From a virus (lineage: Duplodnaviria; Heunggongvirae; Uroviricota; Caudoviricetes): a stretch of DNA of 64,000 bases. Made by a program: the position numbers and the translations under genes. The stretch's first letter is position 1; every line of letters begins with the position of its first letter. Location of the stretch: IMG/VR virus record IMGVR_UViG_2563366911_000001. One strand, written 5' to 3'. The notes under the pieces were generated by a model. That model was not told where the DNA came from. It did no database searches and saw nothing but the letters and a program-made list of their open reading frames with translations. This document shows positions 62,170 to 64,000 of the stretch, one piece after another.

Positions 62170-62604
62170 ATGTCTGACGTCTCAACAAACCTCTATAAGA
62201 GTCAGTTGTTGGACTATTACTATCAGCGGCGCGCTGAATCGTCCATTAACAAAGGCTCTCGATTTTTAATCAGCAAGGCCGTTTTCGGTACCAGTTCACT
62301 GGTTACTAAGAAAGGAGATGGCACTTATGAGATTGGAGAACTGCCAAAGGCTTTCGATCTGGCAGAACTGACCAGTCAATTTTGCACCATCAACCTCGTC
62401 CCAACCTACTCAGACGGGATAATTACTGTCCGAATGGACCTTGATCAAAGCCAGTTGCAGGAAGGGAAAAACTACCCATTCAACACTCTGGTTGTTCTGG
62501 ATAACGAGAACAAGCCAATCGCCATTATTTGTGTCCAGGAAGACTCGTTGTATGTGGGCAAAACATATACCGCAGTTATGGCCATAAACACGACAACAGC
62601 ATAA
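62170..62604 (+). CDS. Small tail-fibre-associated protein (gpR-like by position), 144 aa
   Basis: Immediately upstream of the tail-fibre gene. Confidence 0.5.
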   Translation: MSDVSTNLYKSQLLDYYYQRRAESSINKGSRFLISKAVFGTSSLVTKKGDGTYEIGELPKAFDLAELTSQFCTINLVPTYSDGIITVRMDLDQSQLQEGKNYPFNTLVVLDNENKPIAIICVQEDSLYVGKTYTAVMAINTTTA

Positions 62605-62615
62605 GGATATGCTTG

Positions 62616-64000
62616 ATGAATGACGTTACAGTTGTTACATCAGTTACTTACCCATCACCCGAGTCGTTGGCTCTGGTGGCTGATGTGCAATACCACGAAC
62701 CATATCTGTCAGCCGCGCTAAACCGAAAATTCAGGGGGATTGTTGACCCGGGATTTTATGCCGGTTTCTTACCTAAGCCTGGCGGTGGGATGAACCTGTT
62801 AATCACCTCAGTGGATGGTGATAAAACCGCAGGCGCGGCGTCGGTGGATATTGGTGAATTCTACCAGGTAACTATTCAGCAACGTAAGGATATTTCTCTT
62901 GCACTTAGTGCAGGCAAGAAATATGCAATTGTGCTGAAGGGAAGATACCTCCTTGGAGAAGATACCTATCAGGTGAATACCGCGTCACATATTCATGCGG
63001 CTGAATTTGTTGCCAGAACCTATACCGATTCATATCAGTTAGGAGATGGAGAGCTGCTTGTTTGTACGGTGAATATCCCTGCTGGCGTATCAGCCATTAC
63101 CCAGGAGATGATTGATACATCCGAGCGTATTAACCGCACGATCGGCATTGATATTTCAGACTCTGTAACCAGTAGCAGAAGTGATGTTGCTGCAAGTTCG
63201 CTGGCAGTTAAAAAAGCCTACGATCTGGCGAAAAGCAAGTATACGGCGCAGGATGCAAGCACAACGCAAAAGGGATTAGTTCAGCTCAGTAGCGAAACTA
63301 ACAGCGACAGCGAAACAATGGCGGCTACCCCTAAAGCCGTTAAGTCTGTAAAAGATCTTGCTGATACCAAAGCGCCAATAGAAAGCCCGAGTCTGACAGG
63401 AACGCCAAGCGCGCCGACGGCAGCGCAAGGTACAAACAGCACGCAGATAGCAAATACAGCCTTTGTTAAGGCAGCTATAACTGCACTTATCAACGGTGCA
63501 CCTGGCACACTGGATACACTTAAAGAAATAGCTGCTGCGATCAATAACGACCCGAATTTCAGCACAACTGTCAACAATGCTCTGGCCCTTAAAGCGCCTT
63601 TAGCAAGTCCTGCATTAACGGGAATACCTACTGCGCCTACCGCTGCACAGGGTACGAATAACACGCAGATTGCTACGACCGCTTATGTAAGAGCTGCCAT
63701 ATCCGCACTGGTCGGCTCATCACCTGAAGCTCTTGATACCCTGAATGAGCTTGCAGCAGCACTGGGCAATGACCCGAACTTTGCGACAACAATGACAAAT
63801 GCGCTGGCAGGGAAACAGCCACTTGATGCAACTTTAACCGCGCTTGCTGGTCTTGCGACAGGCGCAAATAAATTGCCGTACTTTACCGGTACAGACACTG
63901 TTTCTCAGACTGACTTAACGTCAGTCGGTCGCGATATTCTGGCCAAAACAAGCGTTCTTGCTGTTATCCAATACCTTGGTTTAAGAGAACTCGGTACCAG
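62616..64000 (+). CDS. Tail fibre protein (S-like), N-terminal part; runs off the window edge
   Basis: Unterminated frame from ATG 62616; tandem tail-fibre repeats (PSLTGTPSAPTAAQGTNSTQIANTAFV / PALTGIPTAPTAAQGTNNTQIATTAYV). Confidence 0.8.
   Translation, partial: MNDVTVVTSVTYPSPESLALVADVQYHEPYLSAALNRKFRGIVDPGFYAGFLPKPGGGMNLLITSVDGDKTAGAASVDIGEFYQVTIQQRKDISLALSAGKKYAIVLKGRYLLGEDTYQVNTASHIHAAEFVARTYTDSYQLGDGELLVCTVNIPAGVSAITQEMIDTSERINRTIGIDISDSVTSSRSDVAASSLAVKKAYDLAKSKYTAQDASTTQKGLVQLSSETNSDSETMAATPKAVKSVKDLADTKAPIESPSLTGTPSAPTAAQGTNSTQIANTAFVKAAITALINGAPGTLDTLKEIAAAINNDPNFSTTVNNALALKAPLASPALTGIPTAPTAAQGTNNTQIATTAYVRAAISALVGSSPEALDTLNELAAALGNDPNFATTMTNALAGKQPLDATLTALAGLATGANKLPYFTGTDTVSQTDLTSVGRDILAKTSVLAVIQYLGLRELGT

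Noticed and set aside
63281-63898. Minus-strand ORFs at the right edge
   Set aside because: Antisense to the tail-fibre gene, whose plus-strand frame shows characteristic tandem fibre repeats.

Overview
The whole 64-kb window reads as one contiguous segment of a P1-family phage-plasmid (temperate myovirus that is maintained as a plasmid), running from the tail-fibre gene at the right edge to the large terminase at the left edge. All family assignments are from reading motifs and synteny by eye; no database search was run. Recognised backbone: pacB/pacA with a GATC-hexamer pac site, lpa-like gene, phd-doc toxin-antitoxin, LexA-box-controlled humD, a tail/baseplate operon, ban helicase, three tRNAs (CAU, Thr, Asn), a bifunctional C5+N6A methyltransferase (dmt-like), an RdgC homologue, the plasmid replicon (oriR, incC iterons, repA, incA iterons), parA-parB-parS, head/sheath/tube genes, repL, kilA, ant/icd/c4 immunity region, and a sit-like injection transglycosylase. 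At least eight copies of the 17-bp C1-type operator (ATTGCTCTAATAAATTT-like) mark repressor-controlled promoters. Candidate novel or accessory content, in rough order of interest: (1) an AT-rich island of three exported/membrane proteins upstream of c4, one of which carries a 9-residue block identical to a segment of Sit; (2) a four-gene enzyme cluster at 18080-20638 (GT-A-like, PPP phosphatase, two overlapping Rossmann paralogs); (3) a two-gene module divergent from humD that shares its LexA box; (4) an SPFH lipoprotein plus small membrane protein between the tRNA genes, next to four tandem stem-loop units; (5) a hok/mok/sok-type locus and two small hydrophobic ORFs that the ORF track misses. 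A ~14-kb block (7605-21628) is rich in lambdoid-type morons (three Ea22-like paralogs, DUF551-like, PD-(D/E)xK and VRR-NUC nucleases). I cannot say from sequence alone which of these is absent from known P1 relatives.
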